In this document: positions 19,301-27,606 of the stretch, one piece after another
How positions within the stretch are numbered: position 1 is the first letter of the stretch
Layout: every line of letters starts with the position of its first letter
Assembly (NCBI GenBank): GCA_934162685.1
Contig: CAKPJO010000001.1
Location: 30,602 to 94,601 of the forward strand
Length of the DNA: 64,000 nt
Direction: 5' to 3'
Origin: an uncultured Bacilli bacterium
GTDB lineage: Bacteria > Bacillota_I > Bacilli_A > RFN20 > CAG-826
The notes under the pieces: generated by a model
The model's input: the letters and a program-made list of their open reading frames with translations, nothing else
Told to the model about the DNA's origin: nothing
Databases searched by the model: none
Program-made: the position numbers and the translations under genes

Positions 19301-20485
19301 ATGTGGCATAGAAAGAATTCTGTCTATTTAGACGGAGCTTCTAATACCCCTGTTGATCCAAAAGTATTTAAAGCAATGCGTCCATATTTAACTGGGCGCT
19401 TTGTTGGTAATACCGCTTCAACACATGAATTTGGTGAAAAAGCATTTACAGTATTAGAGACTGGTAGAGATAAACTAAGTAAATTAATAGGATGCGAACC
19501 TGATGAAATTTATTTCACATCTGGAGCAACCGAAGGTAATAACTGGGTTATTCAAGGATTAGCGTTGCACGAAAAAATTTATAATAATATGAAAAAAAAC
19601 CATATCATTGTATCTTGTGTGGAACATTCTTCTATATTAAATACTTGCAAAGAACTTGAAAAATGGGGTTTTGAAGTTGATTATTTACCAATTAATAAAA
19701 AGCGTGGTGGAGTTGTCACCGCTGCAACTTTAAAACAACATTTGAGGCAAACAACTTTATTAGTATGTATTATGGCGGTCAATAACGAAATTGGTTCTAA
19801 TAATACCATTGCTGCTTTAGGAAGAGTGGTACAAAAGAGTAATGCTTTCTTCTTATGTGATTGTACTCAAGCATTGTCATATGGTGGCAAAGATATGAAA
19901 ATAGCAGAAAGATTTTATAACATTGATTATTTAACTTTCTCAGGACATAAGATATATGGTCCAACTGGGACAGGTTGTTTAATTGCTCGTAAAAGAGCTC
20001 CATTATATTGTATGATACACGGAGGATCTCAAGAAAGTGGTTTGCGGGGTGGAACAATTAACTTAGTAGGTGTTGTAGGTTTAATAGAAGCTTATTCGCA
20101 AATGTCTAAACATGATTATTTTGAACATTATGCGTCATTATATGAATATCTTTTAAAAAGAATTAAAGAAGAAAATTTGCCTATTGTTCTGAACGTGGAA
20201 CCAACAGTTTATTCAATTATTAGTATCAGATTAGAAACCGATAAAATAGCTTTTTCTGAAAATTACACATTTGCTGATGCGCTAGCGGTACAAGGAATTG
20301 CTTGTTCTTCCACCTCAGCTTGTGATGAAAAAGATCCTGATGAACATCATTTGTCTCATGTATTAAAAGCTTTAGGTTTGTCAAACTTGGATATTGCACG
20401 ATCTGCAAGATTATCTTTTACAAAATATAATACTACAAAAGACATAGATTTATTAATAAAAGCGGTCAAAAAAATCATTGCTTAA
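19301..20485 (+). CDS. cysteine desulfurase (class V aminotransferase, NifS/IscS/Csd-like)
   Basis: PLP-lysine motif SGHKIYGPTGTGCL, HSSILNTC, C-terminal active-site region SSTSACDE. Confidence 0.7.
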   Translation: MWHRKNSVYLDGASNTPVDPKVFKAMRPYLTGRFVGNTASTHEFGEKAFTVLETGRDKLSKLIGCEPDEIYFTSGATEGNNWVIQGLALHEKIYNNMKKNHIIVSCVEHSSILNTCKELEKWGFEVDYLPINKKRGGVVTAATLKQHLRQTTLLVCIMAVNNEIGSNNTIAALGRVVQKSNAFFLCDCTQALSYGGKDMKIAERFYNIDYLTFSGHKIYGPTGTGCLIARKRAPLYCMIHGGSQESGLRGGTINLVGVVGLIEAYSQMSKHDYFEHYASLYEYLLKRIKEENLPIVLNVEPTVYSIISIRLETDKIAFSENYTFADALAVQGIACSSTSACDEKDPDEHHLSHVLKALGLSNLDIARSARLSFTKYNTTKDIDLLIKAVKKIIA

Positions 20486-20497
20486 AAACAGTTAGAA

Positions 20498-20540
20498 AAT
20501 GCTAGAAAATTTTCAAAAATAAAAAAACTCTAGCATTTTC
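20498..20540 (+). terminator. hairpin terminator (AATGCTAGA...TCTAGCATT)
   Basis: 9-bp stem with a long loop and a short T-run. Confidence 0.4.
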
Positions 20541-20599
20541 ACATTATTTTAATAAAACTATGACAAAAATAATATATTTATTATTTTTATAAAAAACAC

Positions 20600-20645
20600 T
20601 TGATTTTAAAAATTATTTTGCTATAATAAATAGTGAAGAAAGGAG
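20600..20645 (+). promoter_or_regulatory. sigma-A type promoter P6 (TTGATT-17-TATAAT-AAATAGTGAAG)
   Basis: Family consensus. Confidence 0.55.
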
Positions 20646-20656
20646 ATTAAAATTTT

Positions 20657-21268
20657 ATGGGATTAGACATCGGTTTTAGAGTATGGGACAAAACTCCCGA
20701 AGGCAGATTAGTCGAGCATAAGTTATCGGAGGCTGACTACTGGAATTCTGGTTCTTGTGGTAGATGTGAAATGAACTATGCTTGGAATTATGGATGCAAG
20801 GATGATTATGAAAAAAAGATTTATTCTTCACCTGTGTTTTCTAAAGAGTTTGACGGATATTCACAAACAGAAGATGATTCTGTTGGAAACAGCTGGACCA
20901 ATAAATATGTATATGTTGACTTTGAAGATTTTAGAAAAGTTATTAATGCTAAAATTGAACAAGTTGAGAAAGAACATTCTGATTGGAGCCTTCGTTTATT
21001 AAGAGAGCAAGCTAATATGAAACACGAAATCAAAGAGTATCGTGACCTTCAATTAAAATGCACTGAAGCAAATGCTTATGCCTTCGATCGTTTCCAAGAA
21101 GAGATTAATAAACTTAAAGAAGCAATTGCATATAGTGAAGAAACATATCGTAATCTTGATGAAGAAGATTATGATTATTCAAAAGCTATGGCTTGCAAGC
21201 GTATGCTTGAATTAATGGACAAGTTTATTAAAGAAGGATATGTCGTTACAACATATTATTCTGATTAA
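20657..21268 (+). CDS. hypothetical protein with a coiled-coil C-terminal half
   Basis: RBS AAGGAG. Confidence 0.5.
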   Translation: MGLDIGFRVWDKTPEGRLVEHKLSEADYWNSGSCGRCEMNYAWNYGCKDDYEKKIYSSPVFSKEFDGYSQTEDDSVGNSWTNKYVYVDFEDFRKVINAKIEQVEKEHSDWSLRLLREQANMKHEIKEYRDLQLKCTEANAYAFDRFQEEINKLKEAIAYSEETYRNLDEEDYDYSKAMACKRMLELMDKFIKEGYVVTTYYSD

Positions 21269-21305
21269 TAAATAGTAAAAAACAAAAAAGGAGAATTGTA
21301 ATTTA

Positions 21306-21788
21306 ATGAGTCGTAAACGTTTTGATGATGATGAAGATTTCTATGAACCTCGTAACAAGAAAAAAACTAAAAAAGGTCGCACAGGACTAGGAGAGCAATT
21401 TGCTAGCATCAATGAGAATACCGAAGATGTATTTGAAAATACTAACACTGTAACATTTGGAAGATTTTGTTCTAACGATCAAAGAAAGAATAAAACTTTC
21501 GTACAACCTGCTCCTGCTCCTAAAAAGGTTGAAACTCCAAGATACTCCCCTCAACCTAATAAGACACCTATTCCTACTAACATCTTAAGAGTTAACAACA
21601 GAGACATAGATCTTACAACTGCTAAAGGCATCTTTAAACAACCTGACGAGTTATCATTATTAATTAAATATAATGATGGTTCAGAAGAAGTTATATCTTT
21701 CAAAGATAAGAACTTCACAACAAAGATGTTCTATAGAGCATTAGGTTTCATTAAAAATCAAAAAAGAATTAATAAAGAGAGAAAGTAA
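21306..21788 (+). CDS. basic hypothetical protein
   Basis: RBS AAGGAG; lysine-rich N-terminus. Confidence 0.5.
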   Translation: MSRKRFDDDEDFYEPRNKKKTKKGRTGLGEQFASINENTEDVFENTNTVTFGRFCSNDQRKNKTFVQPAPAPKKVETPRYSPQPNKTPIPTNILRVNNRDIDLTTAKGIFKQPDELSLLIKYNDGSEEVISFKDKNFTTKMFYRALGFIKNQKRINKERK

Positions 21789-21807
21789 AAATTCTCTCTT
21801 TTTTTTC
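21776..21807 (+). terminator. intrinsic terminator (AGAGAGAA...TTCTCTCT plus T8)
   Basis: Stem plus long T-run; runs into the P7 -35. Confidence 0.65.
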
Positions 21808-21850
21808 TTGACTTTTATAAATAATCCGCTATACTAGTATTGTAAATCAA
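21808..21850 (+). promoter_or_regulatory. sigma-A type promoter P7 (TTGACT-16-TATACT)
   Basis: Family consensus. Confidence 0.55.
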
Positions 21851-21904
21851 AAAAAGTGCTAAATAAAATTACCATTTTATTTTAGCGGAAAGGAAGGAAA
21901 ATTT

Positions 21905-22093
21905 ATGTTATTTATACTTTTATTAGATCTGTTAGTGGGACTTGCAATTATTTTATTGTTACCTGCTGTAGCAATCTTATGGATAGGAGCGTTCACAGCT
22001 ATACCTGCATGGCTTAATATTACTTGCTTGTCTGTTATCACTTTTATTTCATTAATAATTTTAATTGGCTTATTGGTGTCTGATCGCAACTAA
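21905..22093 (+). CDS. small hydrophobic membrane protein
   Basis: RBS GGAAAGGAAGG; two TM segments. Confidence 0.5.
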   Translation: MLFILLLDLLVGLAIILLLPAVAILWIGAFTAIPAWLNITCLSVITFISLIILIGLLVSDRN

Positions 22094-22112
22094 AGAAAAG
22101 AGGAAAACAAAA

Positions 22113-22430
22113 ATGAATGACAATATTATGAAAATTGATGATTTAACAAATACACTTGTGCTTGTGGCTTTTAAAGACAAGACAACAGCAAATGGCTGGT
22201 TAGTACGTGATGATAAGAAAAAAGGAAAATATCTTATTTTATCATGTTTTGATAATAAGATCACCTCTTTCTCTTTATCACACATCAAATATCTTGCTTA
22301 TATAAATGGAGCTTGCTTTTTTAAATACCAAGGGAAAAATATTTTTAAAGTGGTATATATGCCAAATGAATTATCTTACGAGTCATACGGAAAACTTCAA
22401 AGACTTGCAGAAACAGGAGAGTTAGATTAA
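22113..22430 (+). CDS. hypothetical protein
   Basis: ATG at 22113 with AAAGAGGAAA RBS. The ORF-track start 22065 overlaps the membrane ORF. Confidence 0.45.
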   Translation: MNDNIMKIDDLTNTLVLVAFKDKTTANGWLVRDDKKKGKYLILSCFDNKITSFSLSHIKYLAYINGACFFKYQGKNIFKVVYMPNELSYESYGKLQRLAETGELD

Positions 22431-22431
22431 T

Positions 22432-22758
22432 ATGTGGAAATATAATAATGAACGTTTTATAGTGTTAGACACAGGAGATATCATTGATACTTGTTCTTGG
22501 GGTTGCCAAGGCTGGGGAATGAATTATCAAACTAACATAGAAATTAAAGGTAACAAAGTATATGTCACTTACTGGACCGCAGGCGATTATGATTATAATG
22601 ACGAGTTTGATAAACTATTTCTTGGTAACATTGTTTATAGTTCTAATAAACCTTTCTTAGTCAAAGAGTCTGTTCTGTCAAGAACTCCGACAATTACCTA
22701 TGATGAATATAATTTAGACCTATCAGACTTCATAGGAGAGATACGAGGCAATGAGTAA
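22432..22758 (+). CDS. hypothetical protein
   Basis: Coupled (TAATATG). Confidence 0.5.
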   Translation: MWKYNNERFIVLDTGDIIDTCSWGCQGWGMNYQTNIEIKGNKVYVTYWTAGDYDYNDEFDKLFLGNIVYSSNKPFLVKESVLSRTPTITYDEYNLDLSDFIGEIRGNE

Positions 22759-22987
22759 CAAAAGTGTTATTAGCATTCAACCTTCTGAAAAAGAACTCTG
22801 GGATAAAGCTAACGCACAAGGTTATGTGTGGATTAAATCTGATACTGGGTTTATTACAAAAGATGAATTGGATACTTATAGTAGATTAGAAACCGTATGG
22901 TATAAAGTATGGCTACATCAAGAAGACTATGGCTCTAAATGGGCTCTAACAAGGGAGGAGTTAGAAAATGGATACAAACTTAATTAA
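22751..22987 (+). CDS. hypothetical protein with C-terminal W-ALTREELE motif
   Basis: Paralogous C-terminus to 23614..23985. Confidence 0.5.
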   Translation: MSNKSVISIQPSEKELWDKANAQGYVWIKSDTGFITKDELDTYSRLETVWYKVWLHQEDYGSKWALTREELENGYKLN

Positions 22988-23234
22988 AATTGAATTCACC
23001 TACAGGCAATGGGAAACAATATTAGACACTATACAACATGAATATTGGGAAAATAGGGAATTTTATGATGAATTAAAAGCTATTAGTTCCGAATTTTTAT
23101 CAAAGTTAGATGATCGAGGATTAGAAGCATATAAAAATCAATTAAATTATGTGAAAAACATTGTAGAGCAAAAGCAAGAAATCATATCTGTGATTAAAAA
23201 AGAATTAAAGAAAGAGGTATTAAAAAATGGTTGA
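22968..23234 (+). CDS. hypothetical protein
   Basis: Overlapping start. Confidence 0.45.
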   Translation: MDTNLIKIEFTYRQWETILDTIQHEYWENREFYDELKAISSEFLSKLDDRGLEAYKNQLNYVKNIVEQKQEIISVIKKELKKEVLKNG

Positions 23235-23595
23235 AATAATTACTAAAAATAATGAAGTTTTAGGATTTAATTATATAATTTATCCACTGGCATCTGATAA
23301 TTATAAATATGGAATTGCTTGTTTTGATTATGTTAATAGATATAACACATATTTTCTTTTAGAAGATGTTAAATCAGTAAAAAAAACAGTAAAAGATTTA
23401 ACTATTTATGAAATGCAAAAGCTTAACATTTACATGAACACTAATAATGAAATATTTCAATTTGATAAAGCTAAAAATATCTCCACTAAATTAAAAATGA
23501 CTGATTTTATAGATATTAAGCAATGTATTAAAGATTGCTTTAAAAGATTTGAAATGATTTTGACACAAACACAAGATGATTATTATATTGATTAA
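23227..23595 (+). CDS. hypothetical protein
   Basis: Overlapping start. Confidence 0.45.
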   Translation: MVEIITKNNEVLGFNYIIYPLASDNYKYGIACFDYVNRYNTYFLLEDVKSVKKTVKDLTIYEMQKLNIYMNTNNEIFQFDKAKNISTKLKMTDFIDIKQCIKDCFKRFEMILTQTQDDYYID

Positions 23596-23613
23596 TAAAG
23601 AAAGGTAAAAATT

Positions 23614-23985
23614 ATGAAAAGATTAATAAAAAGAACTTTATATGATAGAGAAAAGCATTATGGTTCAATAGAGATTCCTTATGATGATTTAAATTATTTG
23701 AAATTAGTATATGATAAATTAGGTAAAGTAGAAGATATAGAAGAAGAGATTGGTATTGATTTAGTTACTTTGTTCAAAGCACAAATGCAAGACAAAATTT
23801 ATTATAAGGATGTTTTATCAAATTGTAAAATTAAAGGATGTTATGTCGCTTATGGCACAAAAGGTCATATATTAGGAAAGCCTGTATATGCCCTTGTATT
23901 ACATAACAACAATGGCTTCAGTGCTATTGTATATGCAAGTGATTATGGTACAACTTGGGCGTTAACTAAGGAGGAATTAGAATAA
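23614..23985 (+). CDS. hypothetical protein with C-terminal WALTKEELE motif
   Basis: RBS AAAGGTAAAAATT; paralog of 22751. Confidence 0.5.
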   Translation: MKRLIKRTLYDREKHYGSIEIPYDDLNYLKLVYDKLGKVEDIEEEIGIDLVTLFKAQMQDKIYYKDVLSNCKIKGCYVAYGTKGHILGKPVYALVLHNNNGFSAIVYASDYGTTWALTKEELE

Positions 23986-24119
23986 TGTATTTAATAGATT
24001 GGGTTCAAAAATGGGCTGAGATAGAAACAATTGGCGCATATATTAGTTATGGAATATTAGGATTAGCATTAATATTATGTATAATATACATTATTATATG
24101 TTCAATTAATAAATATTAA
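23985..24119 (+). CDS. tiny membrane peptide (44 aa)
   Basis: TAATG overlap with the previous gene, GGAGG RBS, single TM helix. Confidence 0.35.
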   Translation: MYLIDWVQKWAEIETIGAYISYGILGLALILCIIYIIICSINKY

Positions 24120-24135
24120 AAGAGGAGTTAAAATA

Positions 24136-24351
24136 ATGGCTTATTTAAAAGTTTGGATGTTAGATAAAATAATAGTACAATCTGAAATCAGCGATGATTA
24201 CGCAGATCAAATGATAGCTAACTATAAAAAATGTTATGAAAATTATGAAATACATAAAGATAATACTGATGCTGGCGCTTTAATTGAAGACACAGTGTTC
24301 AGATTTAATAATATGCGTGTCATTATAACAAAGGAGGGACCAGAGCGATGA
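24136..24351 (+). CDS. hypothetical protein
   Basis: RBS AGAGGAG. Confidence 0.45.
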   Translation: MAYLKVWMLDKIIVQSEISDDYADQMIANYKKCYENYEIHKDNTDAGALIEDTVFRFNNMRVIITKEGPER

Positions 24352-24542
24352 ATATTCAATGGCAGAATTTATACAATACAATATACAATACGTTAAATAA
24401 GAGACAAGTGAAAGAATTAGCTCTAGCATTAGTAGTTTTACAAGACGGAATTGATAAACTTTCAGAATTAGATAAATTATCTGATATATATAATTTCAAA
24501 GATATGAAAGAATTAGAAAAATTATTGAAAGGAAGCAAATGA
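24348..24542 (+). CDS. hypothetical protein
   Basis: ATGA overlap. Confidence 0.45.
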   Translation: MNIQWQNLYNTIYNTLNKRQVKELALALVVLQDGIDKLSELDKLSDIYNFKDMKELEKLLKGSK

Positions 24543-24967
24543 AAATGAAAAATAAAAAAGAATTATTAAATGATATGCTGTTCTCTTTCAAATATGTGTT
24601 TGTCTATGAAGGATTATTACAGTTAGATGGAAACAGCGATCAACCTTTGCAAAATTGTTGGTTAGTGCTTTTCATCAACAGTCTAAGAGAAGCAAAAACA
24701 GAATATACGGATTATTATACTCTTACTGATTTAAAAAATTTTAATAAACAATTTGAGCAAATAAATGCAATGACAGATATATATGATACTTTCAAAGTGT
24801 TTGATAGACATACTATTATTTGGCAGATGCTAGTACAAATGTTTGGTAACTATGGCGAAAGTCCTAGAACAGGATGGATCGACCAAAAAACCGAATGTGC
24901 TGACTTTTTACAATCGTTGATAACTGAGGATGGAGACGCAAAATGGATAACAAAGAATTTGTTTTAG
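24539..24967 (+). CDS. hypothetical protein
   Basis: ATGA overlap. Confidence 0.5.
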   Translation: MKMKNKKELLNDMLFSFKYVFVYEGLLQLDGNSDQPLQNCWLVLFINSLREAKTEYTDYYTLTDLKNFNKQFEQINAMTDIYDTFKVFDRHTIIWQMLVQMFGNYGESPRTGWIDQKTECADFLQSLITEDGDAKWITKNLF

Positions 24968-25215
24968 AAGTATTAAAAAGAATTCTTCCTGATACCAGTT
25001 GGTGGGGAGAATCTAATCACGATGCAAAATCAATGGAGAATATAGAACTATTAGAGGATATGTTTGATATTATGTTAAACGAACTTTTACAAGATGCCTA
25101 TGTTCCAGAAGGAAATAAAGGAATGAGTAGTTTTGAGTCTATTGCAAAAGCAAAACAAGAAGTTATAGCTAATATCAGATATTGGTTACCAAGCAAAGAA
25201 GAGGATGAAGGCTAG
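24943..25215 (+). CDS. hypothetical protein
   Basis: Overlapping start. Confidence 0.45.
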   Translation: MDNKEFVLEVLKRILPDTSWWGESNHDAKSMENIELLEDMFDIMLNELLQDAYVPEGNKGMSSFESIAKAKQEVIANIRYWLPSKEEDEG

Positions 25216-25756
25216 TATGGAATTTAAAGTAGAAATATTAAAATACCCAAAAGAAGAAGATTTACTTTGGTGTAAACAATGTTGTTTAAATACAATAGGA
25301 AAATCAACAACAAAACAACCTACTGAAGAATGGTTGGTTAAACTTGTAGAGGCTGAGCATAGTCCAATGAGAGAACTTTGGTTTGGCATCAAAATGACTA
25401 TTCCTTACTATATTTCAAATCATTTCATACGCCATCATATAGGGGTTAATCATTATGTTCAATCTCAAAGAAATGATAGACAAACTAATTATGATCGAAC
25501 TAAGGCCCCTCAAGATGCAATGGTAAGTCATATTATGTCTATTAATGCTCAAGAATTGGTATTCATGGCACATAAGAGATTATGCAATCAAGCAAGTCCT
25601 GAAACGCATTTAATAATGCAAACAATCTGTGATGAGGTTATTAAAGTTGCACCTTATATGAAATCGGTTCTTGTACCATTATGTGTATATAGAAACAACA
25701 AATGTACTGAATTCTTCCCTTGTGCAAGAGCAAAAACTTTTAAAAATAATAACTAA
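25205..25756 (+). CDS. thyX: ThyX-like flavin-dependent thymidylate synthase (short form)
   Basis: RHHIGVNHYVQSQR aligns with the ThyX signature RHRxxxxxxQSQR. 183 aa, shorter than typical ThyX; the start may be ATG 25217. Confidence 0.45.
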   Translation: MKASMEFKVEILKYPKEEDLLWCKQCCLNTIGKSTTKQPTEEWLVKLVEAEHSPMRELWFGIKMTIPYYISNHFIRHHIGVNHYVQSQRNDRQTNYDRTKAPQDAMVSHIMSINAQELVFMAHKRLCNQASPETHLIMQTICDEVIKVAPYMKSVLVPLCVYRNNKCTEFFPCARAKTFKNNN

Positions 25757-25786
25757 AGTCAATCAAAACGGTTGACTTTTTTTTAT
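25757..25786 (+). terminator. intrinsic terminator sharing its 3' arm with the P8 -35
   Basis: AGTCAAtcaaaacggTTGACT plus T8. Confidence 0.6.
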
Positions 25787-25815
25787 AATCTTATATAATA
25801 GATATAGAAATGAGG
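25772..25815 (+). promoter_or_regulatory. sigma-A type promoter P8 (TTGACT-16-TATAAT)
   Basis: Family consensus. Confidence 0.55.
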
Positions 25816-25822
25816 TGGCAAA

Positions 25823-27187
25823 ATGCTAACAAAAGAAAAATTAGAAGAAATCGTAAGTAGACCTGAATATGATTTTCTAAGAACTAATCCTCGATTAAAG
25901 GATAAAATCTTATTCTTGACTGTCGGAGGCAGCTATGCTTACGGAACCAATGTTGAAGGTTCAGATATCGACATTAGAGGAGTTGCGATGAATAGCATCG
26001 AAGATATTTTAGGTGGTACAACATTTGAACAATTTCAAAATGATGAAACCGATACAGTTATTTATTCAGTCAATAAGTTTATTAAATTGGTAACTGATTG
26101 TAATCCTAATGTTATTGAAATGTTATTTTGTGAACCTGCTCAATACATTTGGGTATCTCCATTAGGACAATTATTATTAGATAACAAACATCTATTTTTA
26201 TCTCAAAAAGCTTATTATACCTTTGGTGGATATGCTAGAGCTCAATTAAATAGATTAGAAAATGCTTTATGTAGAGGCAATTACTTCACACAGGCACAAA
26301 AAGAAGAGCACATTGCAAGAAGTGTAGAAAATTCTATTGATAGCTTTAGTGAAAAATATTCAGCAATGATACAAGGCAAAGGAAGCATCAAACTTCATAC
26401 TGATAAAGTAGATGAAAATGGCGATAGGATCATCACAACTGATATGACAATGAAAGATGTTCCTTTAAGAGAAGTTCGTTCTATGTTAGAAGAAATGACT
26501 AATATTGTAAGAGATTATGACAAGTCTGGTGGCTGGAGAAATACTAAGAAAGATATTCCGCACTTAAACAAGCATATTATGCATCTAGTAAGACTATATT
26601 ACATGGGTATTGAAATTCTAGAAACTGGTGCTTTACATACTTATAGAAGTAAAGAACATCAATTATTAATGAGCATCAGAAGTGGATTATTCTTAGACGA
26701 AAAGAATAATTTAAAACCTGAATTTTACACCGTATTAAATGATTTAGAAAATAAGTTAAAAACAGCTTTAGATAATAGTAAATTACCTAAAAAAGCTAGA
26801 CGAGATGAAATCAAACAATTACAAATTAAAATTAATTTATTAATGATTAAAATGGGTGCCTATAAAGAATATATCTTGACTGAGTTTGATTTAGATGAAA
26901 AAGAAAAAGTTGTTAATAATAAAAACTATAAAATTACCTTATCTGAAATTTTAAGTATGAACCCAAGCTATACTGCAATTCATTGTGATACCGAAGAAAA
27001 AGCCAATAAATTATTAACAATTTTAAATAAATTAGGACAAAAATGGATTAGTGGAGAATCATATTTAATAAATAACAACTGGAGGTCATACAAAACCCAA
27101 ACTTGTTATGGCTTAGATGGATCATATGGAATTTCTAAATGGTACGATGATGTTTACGAATTCGATGATATTGATTTAAATAATTAA
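25823..27187 (+). CDS. Pol-beta-superfamily nucleotidyltransferase fused to a C-terminal AIHCDT...YEFDDIDL domain (family member 4)
   Basis: NTase signature GGSYAYGTNVEGSDIDI (GS...DxD). C-terminal 90 aa AIHCDTEEKANKLL...LGQKW...TCY...VYEFDDIDL. Confidence 0.6.
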   Translation: MLTKEKLEEIVSRPEYDFLRTNPRLKDKILFLTVGGSYAYGTNVEGSDIDIRGVAMNSIEDILGGTTFEQFQNDETDTVIYSVNKFIKLVTDCNPNVIEMLFCEPAQYIWVSPLGQLLLDNKHLFLSQKAYYTFGGYARAQLNRLENALCRGNYFTQAQKEEHIARSVENSIDSFSEKYSAMIQGKGSIKLHTDKVDENGDRIITTDMTMKDVPLREVRSMLEEMTNIVRDYDKSGGWRNTKKDIPHLNKHIMHLVRLYYMGIEILETGALHTYRSKEHQLLMSIRSGLFLDEKNNLKPEFYTVLNDLENKLKTALDNSKLPKKARRDEIKQLQIKINLLMIKMGAYKEYILTEFDLDEKEKVVNNKNYKITLSEILSMNPSYTAIHCDTEEKANKLLTILNKLGQKWISGESYLINNNWRSYKTQTCYGLDGSYGISKWYDDVYEFDDIDLNN

Positions 27188-27207
27188 TTAATAAAAGGAG
27201 AATAAAA

Positions 27208-27600
27208 ATGAGAAAAAAATTAGTAAAAATACTTACACCAAATACAAAAAGAGGAATTGACAATTTAATAGAATTAGCAAAAAAAGAAGGTCACGATAAA
27301 ATTAGTGATATAAGAATTTCTTTTAACGGGAATAGAGACATACTACATTGGAACGATGAAGATGTGACAGTTACTATCACATTAATAGGTAAATATAGAT
27401 TGAAAAGTCGTGGGACAGGATATCGTTTTGCAGCCACACTTACTGTTTTTAGTGATATAGAAGCTTATTATCTAGACTGTCTTAAATATGATTTTAATCA
27501 AGAAGAACGCGAAGTTGAATTAAGCATCAAAGAATATAATGATGAAAAATATGTTATTTGTGAAAATTATCGTGAAATAGATTTAGCGTTAGGAAAATAA
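27208..27600 (+). CDS. hypothetical protein
   Basis: RBS AAGGAG. Confidence 0.5.
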   Translation: MRKKLVKILTPNTKRGIDNLIELAKKEGHDKISDIRISFNGNRDILHWNDEDVTVTITLIGKYRLKSRGTGYRFAATLTVFSDIEAYYLDCLKYDFNQEEREVELSIKEYNDEKYVICENYREIDLALGK

Positions 27601-27606
27601 AATTTT

